32,000 bases of DNA from Nitrosospira multiformis ATCC 25196 (GCF_000196355.1 NC_007614.1:2160001-2192000); one strand, 5' to 3'. Shown: positions 1 through 10,571, counted from the stretch's first letter. Made by a program: numbers and translations. The notes: a model not told the origin generated them from the letters alone.

Positions 1-4
1 GAAT

Positions 5-1147
5 TTATCTGGAGTTTTCTTCGTCCGCCGGTTGCATCACTGGCGTTTCCATTTCCAGTTGAGGCAGCTCGAGATCCACGGCCTCTATGCGGGCAAAGCG
101 TTGACTTATCTTCCGGCTTGAAACATGTACCTCTTCCACATCCTGATTGGCCTGGCGGATATGGTCTGCAAGTTTTTTCATGCGCTCGTCAAAGCGTGCA
201 AAATCCTTGCCCAGCCTGGACAGTTCGTTCTTGATGATGTGTACCTGCTCGCGCGTTTCGATATCCTTGAGCACCGCACGCGCGGTATTCAGTACCGCCA
301 TCAGGGTGGTAGGCGAAACTATCCAGACCTGCTTCTGCATGGCGTAATCGACTATGTCCGAATGATAGGCATGGATTTCGGCGAAAACGGCCTCCGCCGG
401 TACGAACATCACCGCTCCATCGCAGGTTTCCGGCGGCAGGATATATTTACCGGCAATGTCGTCCACATGTTTTTTCACGTCCGCCTTGAACTGCTTCTGC
501 GCCAGGGCACGGCTCGTGTCATCCGTATGACGATCGAACATGCGATGAAAATTTTCCAGCGGAAATTTTGAATCGACCGCGACCATGCCCGTTGGAGGCG
601 GTAGCTTCAGCACACAATCGGCGCGGCTGCTGTTGGAAAGCGTATGCTGCATTTCATATGCAGAGGGCGGCAGGATATTGCGAACCAGCGCTTCCAGTTG
701 CACTTCGCCAAACGCGCCGCGCGAGCGTTTGTCGCCCAGAAGTTCCTGCAGGCTCACCATATTGGTGGTCAGGCTGTCGATCTTCTTCTGGGCTTCATCG
801 ATCGTCGCAAGCCGCGTCATGACGCTGGTGAAAGTCTCATTGGTTTTCCTGAACCCTTCGTCGAGACGTTCAGCCACCCTCCCGCTGATCTGGTCCAGCC
901 GCGCTTCCACCGTTCCCCGCAGTTGATCGGAATTCCTGCCCAGGACCTCGGAAAGCCGGTTGCCCTGGTTCGACAGCCCTTCATGCAAATCCTTGAGCAT
1001 GTCGCGATGCTTGTCTTCCATCAGCCTTGCCTGCTGCCCCAGCAGTTCGCGCACCATGGTCGAAAGCATACCGAGCCGGATCACCAGATAGGCCATGGTG
1101 ACAAGCAAAATCGCGGCAGCAGTAATGATCAGCAGGTAGTCTGGCAT
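5..1147 (-). CDS. rmuC: DNA recombination protein RmuC
   Basis: 380-aa ORF with N-terminal TM segment, coiled-coil region, and RmuC core motifs (GAFGEVQLEALVRNILPPSAYE, VDSKFPLENFHRM, VMFVPAEAVFAEI, WIVSPTTLMAVLNT). Confidence 0.95.
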   Translation of the reverse strand: MPDYLLIITAAAILLVTMAYLVIRLGMLSTMVRELLGQQARLMEDKHRDMLKDLHEGLSNQGNRLSEVLGRNSDQLRGTVEARLDQISGRVAERLDEGFRKTNETFTSVMTRLATIDEAQKKIDSLTTNMVSLQELLGDKRSRGAFGEVQLEALVRNILPPSAYEMQHTLSNSSRADCVLKLPPPTGMVAVDSKFPLENFHRMFDRHTDDTSRALAQKQFKADVKKHVDDIAGKYILPPETCDGAVMFVPAEAVFAEIHAYHSDIVDYAMQKQVWIVSPTTLMAVLNTARAVLKDIETREQVHIIKNELSRLGKDFARFDERMKKLADHIRQANQDVEEVHVSSRKISQRFARIEAVDLELPQLEMETPVMQPADEENSR

Positions 1148-1294
1148 TATTTTTTGAAGTATACCGGAGAATTGTCCAGAGAATGTCTTTACCTGCCTGC
1201 TTTTCCTGATTAGGAGAAAACCCGTCGGTTGCCTCGGAAAAGCGTTCCATCAAACAGCAGAGCGAAATCTGGAATCGGGAAATTACTCCGGAAG

Positions 1295-1750
1295 TTATCT
1301 TGCCCGGCCGGCTTGATACAATTCACTTTGCATCTGGAGCTTCCGCCATCTCTCCTGGCGCTGCTTGGAGCGCTCCTCGTAGCTGCTCAATCGCTGCTTG
1401 CTTTCATGGCTTTTCTCGGCCCGCTCCTTACGCGCCTTCCTGCCCGCCCGACGCCTGGTCTCGACGGATCTTTCCTGTCCCAAGGCATCTTTCGGTCTCA
1501 CCTCCTCCGAAGCCTCTTCCCAAGGGCGCGATTCTCTCGGATTCGGCTGCAAGGGTTTCGTCTCCAACGGGTTGGCGGCCCATGGACGCACTTCCCAAGG
1601 CTTTGGCTCGCTGCCTTCCTTCCCGCGCTGTGCCTGGGTTTTCTGAGTCCCGGGCTTTCCCCACGGATTATCGTCAGATGCCGCAACGGGCTGTACGATC
1701 AACATCGCAAAACCGAGCGGTGCCATCAACCGGGTAAAATGCATGTTCAT
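1295..1750 (-). CDS. Hypothetical secreted, highly charged protein with repeated Pro-Trp motifs
   Basis: 151-aa ORF with a signal-peptide-like N-terminus (MNMHFTRLMAPLGFAMLIVQPVAA) and an AAGGAGG-type RBS just upstream; contains NPWGKPG, KPWEVRPWAANP, SRPWEEAS. Confidence 0.7.
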   Translation of the reverse strand: MNMHFTRLMAPLGFAMLIVQPVAASDDNPWGKPGTQKTQAQRGKEGSEPKPWEVRPWAANPLETKPLQPNPRESRPWEEASEEVRPKDALGQERSVETRRRAGRKARKERAEKSHESKQRLSSYEERSKQRQERWRKLQMQSELYQAGRAR

Positions 1751-1792
1751 ATTCCATTACCTCCTTTCACAAGGTAACAATCCAATCATCGT

Positions 1793-2368
1793 TTATATCA
1801 GCCGCCCCTGTTGCGCAGGATAAAAAATTCTCACGCCCTCCGCCTGTGCCCATGGAGTCAGTGAATGCGGTTTTCGGCCGTGGTTATCGATGATGTCTTC
1901 CACCCGCACCCCCCGGACGACAAGCGCGTCCGCAATCAACGAACGATGGCATCGCCAGGGAACGGCCTCGGCGCACATCAATGCGCAGCGGTCATGGGCA
2001 GCAAGCTCGATAACCCGGTTCACATTTTCCACAAATTCCTGAGTTTGCATATAGTCCGCATAGCCACGGAAGGACGCATTGCGCCAGCCCTCATTGATCG
2101 AGTCCTTGCGGGCATGCCGAAGCCCGCCCAGGCCAGATAAATGAGTGTACTTGATGCCAATTGCCCCCAGAGCGTCCGGCAGGGTTTCCTTATTGAATTG
2201 AGGATTATGCCGCGAACGCGGTACCGTCCGTACATCGAGCAGGTGCGTAACTTCGTTTTTTTTCAACAGATTGATGAATTCTTCAAGGGGATGAGTCGAA
2301 TGTCCGATGGTGCATATAAGGAGCTCTGCACCGGTGACATCTTTCATGTTGTTCGTGGTGGCTTCCAT
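1793..2368 (-). CDS. DUF488 family protein
   Basis: 191-aa ORF; motifs ICTIGHSTHPLEEFI, LLDVRTVPRSRHNPQFN, CAEAVPWRCHRSLIAD are characteristic of DUF488. Confidence 0.9.
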   Translation of the reverse strand: MEATTNNMKDVTGAELLICTIGHSTHPLEEFINLLKKNEVTHLLDVRTVPRSRHNPQFNKETLPDALGAIGIKYTHLSGLGGLRHARKDSINEGWRNASFRGYADYMQTQEFVENVNRVIELAAHDRCALMCAEAVPWRCHRSLIADALVVRGVRVEDIIDNHGRKPHSLTPWAQAEGVRIFYPAQQGRLI

Positions 2369-2475
2369 AGGGCGCTAAAAATCCCCCTCTATAGTAGACC
2401 CCACCGGGAAGGTACGGTCTGGATTAAATCCGGCTGGTTAGGGTCTGTTGTGGGTGAATTAGCCGATACTGCTTG

Positions 2476-4239
2476 CTATCGCGATTGCCCTGCCATCGTC
2501 ATGGGCGAAAAAACACACCCGAAGCGGGAGGCGCCGAGTTTCACATCCGCCCGTGCCCACGCCTTATTGAAACGCTCTTCAACCAGCGCCGCCCGCTCGT
2601 TTTTGCCCTGGGCGCGCAGAGCCTGCAACAAGCCATAAAGTGCCCATCCATTATTGCGGTTGCGCCGCAGGTCTTCCCAGTAGACTGTCTCCGCTTCGGC
2701 GGGATGACCCGCTTCAAGCAATATGGCGCCGAGCGTCAACCGCGGGGGCGCCTGCCATTCGGGCGGTTCGGTGTAAGCCAGCGAATCCTCAAGACGAACT
2801 GCCTGTTCAAGATGTGCGATGGCGGAATTGAATTGTCCGCGCGCAGCAGCAATCTCACCGGCGAGGACCGCAGGACCGATGCGTAAAACCGAGCGCGCGG
2901 TGTTGACGGAAAGAAGGGGACCATCGAGCGAGTCATCCTTCATGATCTCCCGTAAAGCAGCCAGCTCTTGCTCAGCCTCGGACAACTGCCGCTTGGCGAC
3001 AAAGGCGAGGCCTCGGGCATAGTGCCATCCACCTTTCAGAAACGCATTGCTTGAGGGAGGCTCCGGTTCCTGAAGCATTTCGTCCCATTTTCCAAACCTT
3101 GTAAGTGCCCAATAAGGTACCACGCGGAATACTCCGGTCATGGGCATTTCTTTCAAAACCGCGTCGTCGATGGTGCTCGCGACCTTTCTTGCTGAGTCGA
3201 TCGCCAATTCGCTTTGGCCATCGGCGGTTGCAGCGGCCCCGAGGAAGTGAATATTGTGAGGAAAATAGGCCATCGCATAAAAGCCATGTTCATGCTGCCG
3301 GACGAGGTACCTCACATCGGCGGCGATTGCACGCTGATTGGCAATTATTGCATCTTCATAGCGGCCCACGCGCAGGTAGATGTGCGATGGCATATGTATC
3401 AGGTGCCCGGCATCGGGCATCAGTGTAAGCAGCGTATCTGCTGCCTGCGCAGCCCGCTCCGGCATGTTGGTCGGTTCCATGAGATGGATATACATGTGCG
3501 TCGCGCCCGGATGCCGGGGATTGCCTTGCAGCACGCCTTCGGTAACTGCGACGATTTCCCTTGTTCCTTCCATCGGATAGTCATCGCGCATCCAGTAACC
3601 CCACGGACTGGTATCCATTACGGATTCGACAAAAAGCATCGCGATATCCTGATCACCGGAAAAACGCCGATGTACCTCTCTCATAGCATTTGCATATGCC
3701 TTGTCGTTGGCCTTCCGATCTTCGGAATTGCCGGTGTACCGCTTTTCCAGAGCCCCGATCAGCGCGCGCTCCCTGTCAGACACGCCTGCCGCGAGAGAAG
3801 CAGCCTTTCTGACCAGTTCCAGCGCTGATACTTCGTTTTTTGCCTCCATGGGCGCGTTGATATTGGGGCCGAGCACGAGCGCCTGTCCCCAGTAAGCCAT
3901 CGCGAGAGCGGGGTCCAGCCGCGCCGCCTCCCTGAATGCACGCCCCGCCTCCGCATGATTGAATGCATAGGAGAGATTCAAGCCCTGGTTCATATACTGC
4001 TGCGCCAACTGGTTGCTGGTGCTGACGGGAAACGTATGCGCGCCGAGATTCAGCAGCCGGGGAGTTCCATAATCGGCAGGCATTCGCTCACCGGGTCGTT
4101 CCTGATGACGATGAGGGACGCGGTCTTCGATAGGGCCGCTGACCTCGGTGCTTTGCCCATTCTGGGCAAAAGCGCCGGAGGTTGTCCCGGTTAAGGACAT
4201 TATTACCAGGGCAATGAAATGAAGAACGTAGGCTTGCAT
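2476..4239 (-). CDS. Secreted tetratricopeptide-repeat protein
   Basis: 587-aa ORF with a signal peptide and TPR-like segments (AGRAFREAARLDPALAMAYWGQAL and C-terminal repeats). Confidence 0.8.
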   Translation of the reverse strand: MQAYVLHFIALVIMSLTGTTSGAFAQNGQSTEVSGPIEDRVPHRHQERPGERMPADYGTPRLLNLGAHTFPVSTSNQLAQQYMNQGLNLSYAFNHAEAGRAFREAARLDPALAMAYWGQALVLGPNINAPMEAKNEVSALELVRKAASLAAGVSDRERALIGALEKRYTGNSEDRKANDKAYANAMREVHRRFSGDQDIAMLFVESVMDTSPWGYWMRDDYPMEGTREIVAVTEGVLQGNPRHPGATHMYIHLMEPTNMPERAAQAADTLLTLMPDAGHLIHMPSHIYLRVGRYEDAIIANQRAIAADVRYLVRQHEHGFYAMAYFPHNIHFLGAAATADGQSELAIDSARKVASTIDDAVLKEMPMTGVFRVVPYWALTRFGKWDEMLQEPEPPSSNAFLKGGWHYARGLAFVAKRQLSEAEQELAALREIMKDDSLDGPLLSVNTARSVLRIGPAVLAGEIAAARGQFNSAIAHLEQAVRLEDSLAYTEPPEWQAPPRLTLGAILLEAGHPAEAETVYWEDLRRNRNNGWALYGLLQALRAQGKNERAALVEERFNKAWARADVKLGASRFGCVFSPMTMAGQSR

Positions 4240-4454
4240 TGATCTCTCCTTGTTAGCCGGTTATCGCAGGTCCGGCTGCGTCTGATCGAACCCCGGAAAC
4301 CGTATATTGGTATTTTGTTTTGATATGCAGCAATAACGGGACAACAAACAACCCCAAACTCAAAAAGCATTGCAAACGAATATCAACGACATTGACGCCA
4401 ATTTTGCTGCCCCCAGCAAGGACCTTCCGCAGCCCTACGGATTTGCAACATGAC

Positions 4455-5240
4455 TCATAGCGGCAACTCGTGGGGCAACTCGTGGCGCAGTTCCGCCAGG
4501 CGAGCCAGGCAAAAATGAATGAAGGCCAGCCCTGTCAGCACAGCGGCGAACAGGTTTAAAATCGGCACGAATTGCACCAGACCCGCGAGCAGCCCCAAGC
4601 CCCACAACAGAGAGCGGTCCCTGGAAAATATAGCTCGCATTTCTTCCTGCGTGGCATGTTCCGCCAGCGCATCGTAGCGAAACAGGCGCTGATTCAGATA
4701 GGCGGCAGCAACAAACGGGATAACCACGCCTGCCCCCGCCAGCCATAATGGGAGGGTGATCAGCCAGATGGCAATGAAAATGGCAAGAGCAATCAGCGCA
4801 TTGAGCACACTGCCCGCGACCGTCCCGCCTTTTTCGCGTTTGAGTAGCGGATAGTCGCGACGTGCAACCAGACCGATCAGGGCAGGCATCGCGAACAAGG
4901 CGGTAATCACGAGTGCAGTCACAAAAACCAGCGGCACAAACAGAATCAGATGTGCCATCCCCTGGATTCCATAGGCGATCCACCTCGGTTCAACGCCTTC
5001 AAGCCAAGTCTGGATACCGATCGCCGTCAACACCTCGGCTATCCAGCCGGAGAAAGTCCCCCAGAAAGCCACGCCGAGCACCACCCACAGCAGACTTGCT
5101 GCGAGAATGGGCCAGACGATGATCCACAGCACCTGAAACTGAAACAAATCGCGAAACGCCCGCGATAACGCCTGAAATATCGCCTCCACAATCCCCCCTT
5201 CCAAATGCCGGAATTCGGCCATGAACGAGAGAATTGGCAT
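4455..5240 (-). CDS. EI24-domain / CysZ-like integral membrane protein
   Basis: 261-aa ORF with multiple hydrophobic helices and EI24-like layout (LSRAFRDLFQFQVLWIIVWPI...ALIGLVARRDYPLLKR...WLITLPLWL..). Confidence 0.75.
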   Translation of the reverse strand: MPILSFMAEFRHLEGGIVEAIFQALSRAFRDLFQFQVLWIIVWPILAASLLWVVLGVAFWGTFSGWIAEVLTAIGIQTWLEGVEPRWIAYGIQGMAHLILFVPLVFVTALVITALFAMPALIGLVARRDYPLLKREKGGTVAGSVLNALIALAIFIAIWLITLPLWLAGAGVVIPFVAAAYLNQRLFRYDALAEHATQEEMRAIFSRDRSLLWGLGLLAGLVQFVPILNLFAAVLTGLAFIHFCLARLAELRHELPHELPL

Positions 5241-5492
5241 TATGCAACCTGCCGAATTGGCTGTGACGCAACTTCTCCCGCACTTCTCACCTCAGATCAA
5301 AAATAATGACGATCTCATGGCAAGCGCCGAGTGATTACATGCTTGCCCCATCCCGCCGGGCACACACTCTAATTGATTTATAGTTGAAAAGTTCAACTAT
5401 GGCTGGAATGACGCCATGTAGCATGATAGCCGGAACAATACGCAGCAGAAGCAGCGGAAGGAAGGGAGACTAAAAGCTTTCTGCTGCTTCGA

Positions 5493-6044
5493 CTATTCGA
5501 TTCCGCCCTCGCATCGAGGATCCCACTCATACGCAAACGCGTTATACCACGTGCCATGTTCCCAAATTTCACCACATATCTCGCCGCAGATTTTTCGTTC
5601 GAATCCGCACATGCCTCCCAGCCGGAAATGTGCCGTATAAGCACCTGCCGCGTCGCCCCCCTTCAGTTCGATAACCACCCGGCCATTCTGCTCGGAGACA
5701 TGCAGCGAACGGGTGTTGGTGAGATCCCTATAGAATTTCTCCGGGATGTGGAATCGCTGCCCATCGATGAAAACAAGAAAAGTTTCAGTTACGAACCGGG
5801 GCACACCGCTATCCATTCCCCACATGCCACCGTCGGTTTCACGGCACTCACCGCTTTTACACTTGCGCTCATGGAAAATCACCCCTACCTTTTTGCCAGA
5901 GGGAAGCGCATGGTTTTTTTCGTGCTGAAAGGGCAGCGCTTCCTTTTGCGCAAGCACCGTGTCGGATGTAAAAAAGGATAGACCGATCAACGCAACGGAG
6001 AAGAGGGTAAAGCGCAAGCCGCTTCGTTTCAAGGGGTTCAACAT
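5493..6044 (-). CDS. Hypothetical secreted Cys-containing protein
   Basis: The ORF track gives 5493..6083; the start is placed at the internal ATG (6044) because MLNPLKRSGLRFTLFSVALIGLSFFTSDTVLA resembles a signal peptide. Confidence 0.55.
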   Translation of the reverse strand: MLNPLKRSGLRFTLFSVALIGLSFFTSDTVLAQKEALPFQHEKNHALPSGKKVGVIFHERKCKSGECRETDGGMWGMDSGVPRFVTETFLVFIDGQRFHIPEKFYRDLTNTRSLHVSEQNGRVVIELKGGDAAGAYTAHFRLGGMCGFERKICGEICGEIWEHGTWYNAFAYEWDPRCEGGIE

Positions 6045-6097
6045 CGTCGGATTGATGCATGGAGCATTACTGCCGCCTGCCACGGTCCTCCCCCTGC

Positions 6098-6490
6098 TTA
6101 CTCGATTTCAATGAATATTTTCTGGGTCTCGGCTGCTGCTTTCATTTTCTGGAACAGGCGATCGAAAGCAACTCTGCTTTGTCCGATGAAATTGACACCT
6201 TTGGTATCGCCCACCAATATGCACCCTTCTGTATTCGCCGAGATATTGCCGGGATGTATCCTGACGCCTTCAAAACTTGGCACGTTCAAAAGGAGCGGAA
6301 GGGTTTTTTGAAACCTTTGGGAAAAATTGATGACAACCTCGTATTGCCCCGCGAAAATCGCGGTCTTGCCCTTGATCTTCACCGGCCTCACCTTGTCTTC
6401 CAGCGTGTAGCACTCGAACTCCCCATCGACTGACAATTCGCCTATCGTGCTGTCATCGGAAAATTCCAGTCTTTTTACACGCAGATCCAT
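6098..6490 (-). CDS. DUF5675 family protein
   Basis: 130-aa ORF; STIGELSVDGEFECYTLEDKVRPVKIKGKTAIFAGQYEVVIN...GVRIHPGN...TEGCILVG matches the DUF5675 pattern. Confidence 0.85.
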   Translation of the reverse strand: MDLRVKRLEFSDDSTIGELSVDGEFECYTLEDKVRPVKIKGKTAIFAGQYEVVINFSQRFQKTLPLLLNVPSFEGVRIHPGNISANTEGCILVGDTKGVNFIGQSRVAFDRLFQKMKAAAETQKIFIEIE

Positions 6491-6600
6491 TTCGCTTCTC
6501 CTTCATATTTATACTTATATCGAAAGGATAGCCGATGTGGAGGACTTGGCCCGGCAAATAAGGCGAGCCATGACTCCCATCCCGTCAGTCCATGACGCAC

Positions 6601-7995
6601 TCAGAGAGTGGATAGACCCGTTGCCCTCCGCCAGGTAGTGCCATGAGGTCCGTCTTCCAGAATGATGTTGGCCTCCATCAATTCCTTGCGAATGCGATCG
6701 GCCTCGCGATAATCCTTGTTGGCGCGTGCAACCAGCCGCTGTTGAATCAATTGCTCCACCTTTTCGGGCGCAAATGCCGGATCTTCGGAATCCGCCTGCT
6801 GGAAATATTTCCAGGGGTCCTGCTGGAGCAATCCCAGCACCCCGCCCAGCGCTTTCATCAAGGCAATATCCCTGGGTAGTCGGGTTTTATTGACTTCGGT
6901 AGCGAGGTCGAAAAGCACGGCAAGAGCCTCCGGGGTGTTGAAGTCATCGTTCATCGCTTCCCGGAAACGCGATGCATAGGGGTCATCCCAGTCTATCTCG
7001 ACTTCGTCGTGGACTTCGATTCCCTTGAGCGCGGTATACAGTCGATCGAGAGCTCGCCCGGCGTCTTCCAGTTGCATGTCTGCATAGTTAAGCGGGCTGC
7101 GGTAATGCGCGCGCAGGATAAAAAAACGTACCACCTCCGGCTGAAAGTGGGCAAGGATTTCGCGGACGGTAAAAAAATTGCCGAGCGACTTGGACATCTT
7201 CTCGTCATTGACTCGCACGAAACCATTGTGCATCCAGTAGTTGACAAAAGGATGCCCGTGCGCCCCCTCGCTTTGTGCAATTTCATTTTCATGATGGGGA
7301 AACTGTAAGTCCTGCCCACCGCCATGGATGTCGAAGTGCTCCCCCAGATAGTGCTCGCCCATGGCCGAGCACTCGATATGCCAGCCGGGCCGCCCCGGTC
7401 CCCACGGGGAATCCCACTGGGGCTCGCCGGGCTTTGCCGCTTTCCACAGCACAAAATCCAGCGGATCGTTTTTATGCGGATCGACAATTACCCGTTCCCC
7501 TGCCCGCAACTCGTCAAGGGATTTCCCGGAAAGCTTTCCATAACCGGGAAACCGGTGAACCGCATAATATACGTCGCCGTTGGAAGCGGGATAAGCCAGC
7601 TTTTTATCCACCAGAACCTGGATCATGGCAATCATGTCTTCCACATGGCGCGTGGCACGCGGTTCCCATGAAGGCGGCTCCACCCCAAGCGCTGCGGCAT
7701 CCTCTTCCATCGCCTGGATAAAACGCGCCGTCAGCGCTTCAATGGATTCCTTATTTTCCTGCGCCCGCCTGATAATTTTGTCATCAATATCGGTAATATT
7801 ACGTACATATGTCACATCAAAACGGTTGGCGCGAAACCAGCGCTGCACCATATCGAATACCACCATCACGCGCGCATGGCCGAGATGGCAGTAATCGTAG
7901 ACGGTCATTCCGCATACATATACTTTGACCTTGCCCGGCGTTAGCGGGATAAACTCCTGTTTTTCTCTGGCAAGAGAATTATGAATTTTAAGCAT
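6601..7995 (-). CDS. cysS: Cysteine--tRNA ligase
   Basis: Protein starts [53 protein letters not shown]; has class I HIGH-like (HLGH) and KMSKS motifs ([11 protein letters not shown]), and GWHIECSAM. The start was trimmed from 8055 to 7995 by homology expectation. Confidence 0.97.
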
Positions 7996-8007
7996 CTGGG
8001 GAAGATT

Positions 8008-8035
8008 TTGAATTGAACAGGCTTCTTGGTAGAAT
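8008..8035 (+). promoter_or_regulatory. Candidate sigma-70 promoter for the 8084 gene
   Basis: TTGAAT - 16 nt - TAGAAT in the cysS/8084 divergent intergenic region. Consensus match by eye only. Confidence 0.35.
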
Positions 8036-8083
8036 CTTGCGGACGCTGAGGGCACTACTTACAGGACGGAGAAGTATAGCACA

Positions 8084-9205
8084 ATGAAAACGCTGGATTT
8101 TCGCCGGGCGGGTGCGCACATTGCCTTGGTCGTGCTGTTCGCTGTTTGTCCGGTTGCGTTTGCTGATGAAAACGATGAAGTTGCCAAACTCTACCAGCAG
8201 GGCAATCTGGACAAGGCACTGGAACAGGCAAATGCGTACCTCGCGCTCAAGCCAAAGGATCCGCAGATGCGGTTTCACAAGGGGTTGATACTGACCGAGC
8301 AGCAGAAAATCCCTGATGCGATCAAGGTCTTTTCTTCACTGTCGGAAGATTACCCCAACCTGCCCGAGCCGTATAATAACCTGGCGGTACTCTATGCCAG
8401 CCAGGGCCTGTATGAAAAGGCGAGGGGAGCGCTGGAGGCCGCTATACGCACTCACCCCAGCTACTCCATTGCGCATGAGAACCTGGGTGATATCTATGCA
8501 AAACTGGCCAGCGAGGCTTACGGCAAGGCCTTGCAACTGGACCAGGGCAACGCCGCGGCCCAGACCAAGCTTGCAATGATCAAGGATTTATTCATCGGCA
8601 AATCCGGCGCGATAAAAACTGCATCCGCTGCCACTGCGCCGGCACCGCCTGCTTCAGCCGCCCCCCGCTCCCCTGCGGCCACTACGCCATCTCCTCCCCG
8701 ATCCGCTGCTCCCGCAACCCCGCCTGCTTCCGTCCACCCCGCGCCCGGTAAAGCCCCGCAAAAATCAGCGGAAAAAAAAACTGAAAAGGCGGAAAAATCA
8801 GCACCGGGAAAGATAGCCGCGGTTGAAACACATTCACCAGAAAAGAAAACCGATGTTCCGGACGAATCCGACGAAATCATCAAAACTGTCAATGCGTGGG
8901 CCAGGGCATGGTCCGACAAGAACGTGACGGCATACTTCGCATTCTACGCGGCTGACTTTCAAACTCCTCGTGGCGTCAAGCGCACAACATGGGAAAAAAC
9001 GCGACGCGACCGCATCATCAAGCCAAAAGCCATCCAGGTGGAGATCACTCACCCCAAGGTAACTTTAATCAATCCAGCACGCGCGAGGGTAAGCTTCAGG
9101 CAACTCTATCACTCCGACGCATTCAAACACGATTCGTCCAAAACACTTGAGATGGTTAAAACGGACGGGAAGTGGCAGATCCGACAGGAGCGCTCCGCGA
9201 AATGA
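8084..9205 (+). CDS. TPR protein with C-terminal NTF2-like (Cds6-type) domain
   Basis: 373-aa ORF: signal peptide, TPRs (AKLYQQGNLDKALEQANAYLALKPKDPQMRFHKG..), Pro/Ala-rich linker, then VNAWARAWSDKNVTAYFAFYAADF...WQIRQE. Confidence 0.85.
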   Translation: MKTLDFRRAGAHIALVVLFAVCPVAFADENDEVAKLYQQGNLDKALEQANAYLALKPKDPQMRFHKGLILTEQQKIPDAIKVFSSLSEDYPNLPEPYNNLAVLYASQGLYEKARGALEAAIRTHPSYSIAHENLGDIYAKLASEAYGKALQLDQGNAAAQTKLAMIKDLFIGKSGAIKTASAATAPAPPASAAPRSPAATTPSPPRSAAPATPPASVHPAPGKAPQKSAEKKTEKAEKSAPGKIAAVETHSPEKKTDVPDESDEIIKTVNAWARAWSDKNVTAYFAFYAADFQTPRGVKRTTWEKTRRDRIIKPKAIQVEITHPKVTLINPARARVSFRQLYHSDAFKHDSSKTLEMVKTDGKWQIRQERSAK

Positions 9206-10443
9206 ATGTGCAAACTCCATCTGCCGGATGCACACGGCGGCTGATAATCATGCTTGCCGGGATAACCGGGGCAGCGCTTTCGCTCTGGATTACCGCCGCG
9301 CTGGCCGAGGAAGCCTTGGCCCTATCCACTGCCTCCACGACCGGACCGGAATCGATACTCGTCAAGAGTCTCCAGGAGATCTCCGAGAGCCGCATGGATT
9401 CCGCATTGAACGGAATCGAGCAACTACTCAAGACTAATCCGAATTTCCGGCTTGCTCATCTGATCAAGGGTGACCTGCTGCTGGCCCGCGCCCGTCCCAT
9501 TCACACCATTGGCGAAACTGGGACGGCAATACAGCAGCCTATCGACGATTTACGCGAGGAGGCAAGAGCACGGCTTCAGCGCCACTTGGCACCGATACCG
9601 CTCGACATGACCCCCAAGTATCTGCTGCAAATGCCGCCTGAGCAGAAATACGCAATCATTGCCGACACAGGCAGATCGCGGTTATATCTCTATAAGAATG
9701 TCGATGGAAGCCCGCGTTATCTGGCGGACTATTACATCAGTACGGGCAAGAACGGTTCTCAAAAGCTGAAGGAGGGGGATAAAAAGACACCCATAGGCGT
9801 CTACTTCGTTACTGACAACCTGCCGCGTCAAAGGCTATCGGATTTTTATGGAGGCATGGCGTTCCCCATCAACTATCCCAACGAATGGGACAAAAGGCAC
9901 GGGCGCAGCGGTTATGGCATCTGGCTGCACGGCACCCCTCCGGATACTTACAGCCGCCCGCCCCGAGCGAGCGATGGCTGCGTAGTACTTGCAAATGACG
10001 ACCTGAATGCACTGGCCTCAACACTTCAGGTCGGCATTACATCCGTCATCATCAGCGATCAGATGGAATGGGTCAAACCCCACGATGCCGCCGCGCTGCG
10101 TAGAAAACTGGCCCAGCACCTGGAGAGATGGCGGCGAAGCTGGGAAAGCGGAAATATGGATGATTACGTCGCCATTTACGGAAACGATTTTTCCAGTGGG
10201 GAGCAGAAGCTGACGGAATGGATGCGAGACAAACAGCAGGCGGGTGGGGAAAAAAACCCGCACAAGGTCGGTATCAGCAATGTAGGCATTTTTCTTTATC
10301 CTGGAAGAGATGATCTCGCGGTAATCAACTTCGATGAAGAATATTCCAGCAATGATCTTTCCAATAAAATGAAAAAACGCCAGTACTGGATGAAGGAAGA
10401 TAAAAGCGGATCCTGGAAGATCATTTACGAAAGTGCGGCATAA
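9202..10443 (+). CDS. L,D-transpeptidase (YkuD family) with C-terminal NTF2-like domain
   Basis: YkuD-type catalytic segment GYGIWLHGTPPDTYSRPPRASDGCVVLANDDL; C-terminal WRRSWESGNMDDYVAIYGNDF...WKIIYE. Likely start ATG 9202 overlaps the upstream TGA (ATGA). Confidence 0.9.
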   Translation: MNVQTPSAGCTRRLIIMLAGITGAALSLWITAALAEEALALSTASTTGPESILVKSLQEISESRMDSALNGIEQLLKTNPNFRLAHLIKGDLLLARARPIHTIGETGTAIQQPIDDLREEARARLQRHLAPIPLDMTPKYLLQMPPEQKYAIIADTGRSRLYLYKNVDGSPRYLADYYISTGKNGSQKLKEGDKKTPIGVYFVTDNLPRQRLSDFYGGMAFPINYPNEWDKRHGRSGYGIWLHGTPPDTYSRPPRASDGCVVLANDDLNALASTLQVGITSVIISDQMEWVKPHDAAALRRKLAQHLERWRRSWESGNMDDYVAIYGNDFSSGEQKLTEWMRDKQQAGGEKNPHKVGISNVGIFLYPGRDDLAVINFDEEYSSNDLSNKMKKRQYWMKEDKSGSWKIIYESAA

Positions 10444-10571
10444 TCTGGAAATTATCGCTGCCTGTCCTTTCTTCACCCCATGCCGTTCCAGGATAGTCCG
10501 GGCAGGAACCGGCAGGTACAGGAACGGATAATTCTTCCACTCTTATCACTCTTATTATTACGGTCAAGCTA

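Noticed and set aside
7275-7721. 148-aa plus-strand ORF inside cysS
   Set aside because: Fully antisense to a confidently identified cysS; composition typical of GC-driven antisense ORFs.
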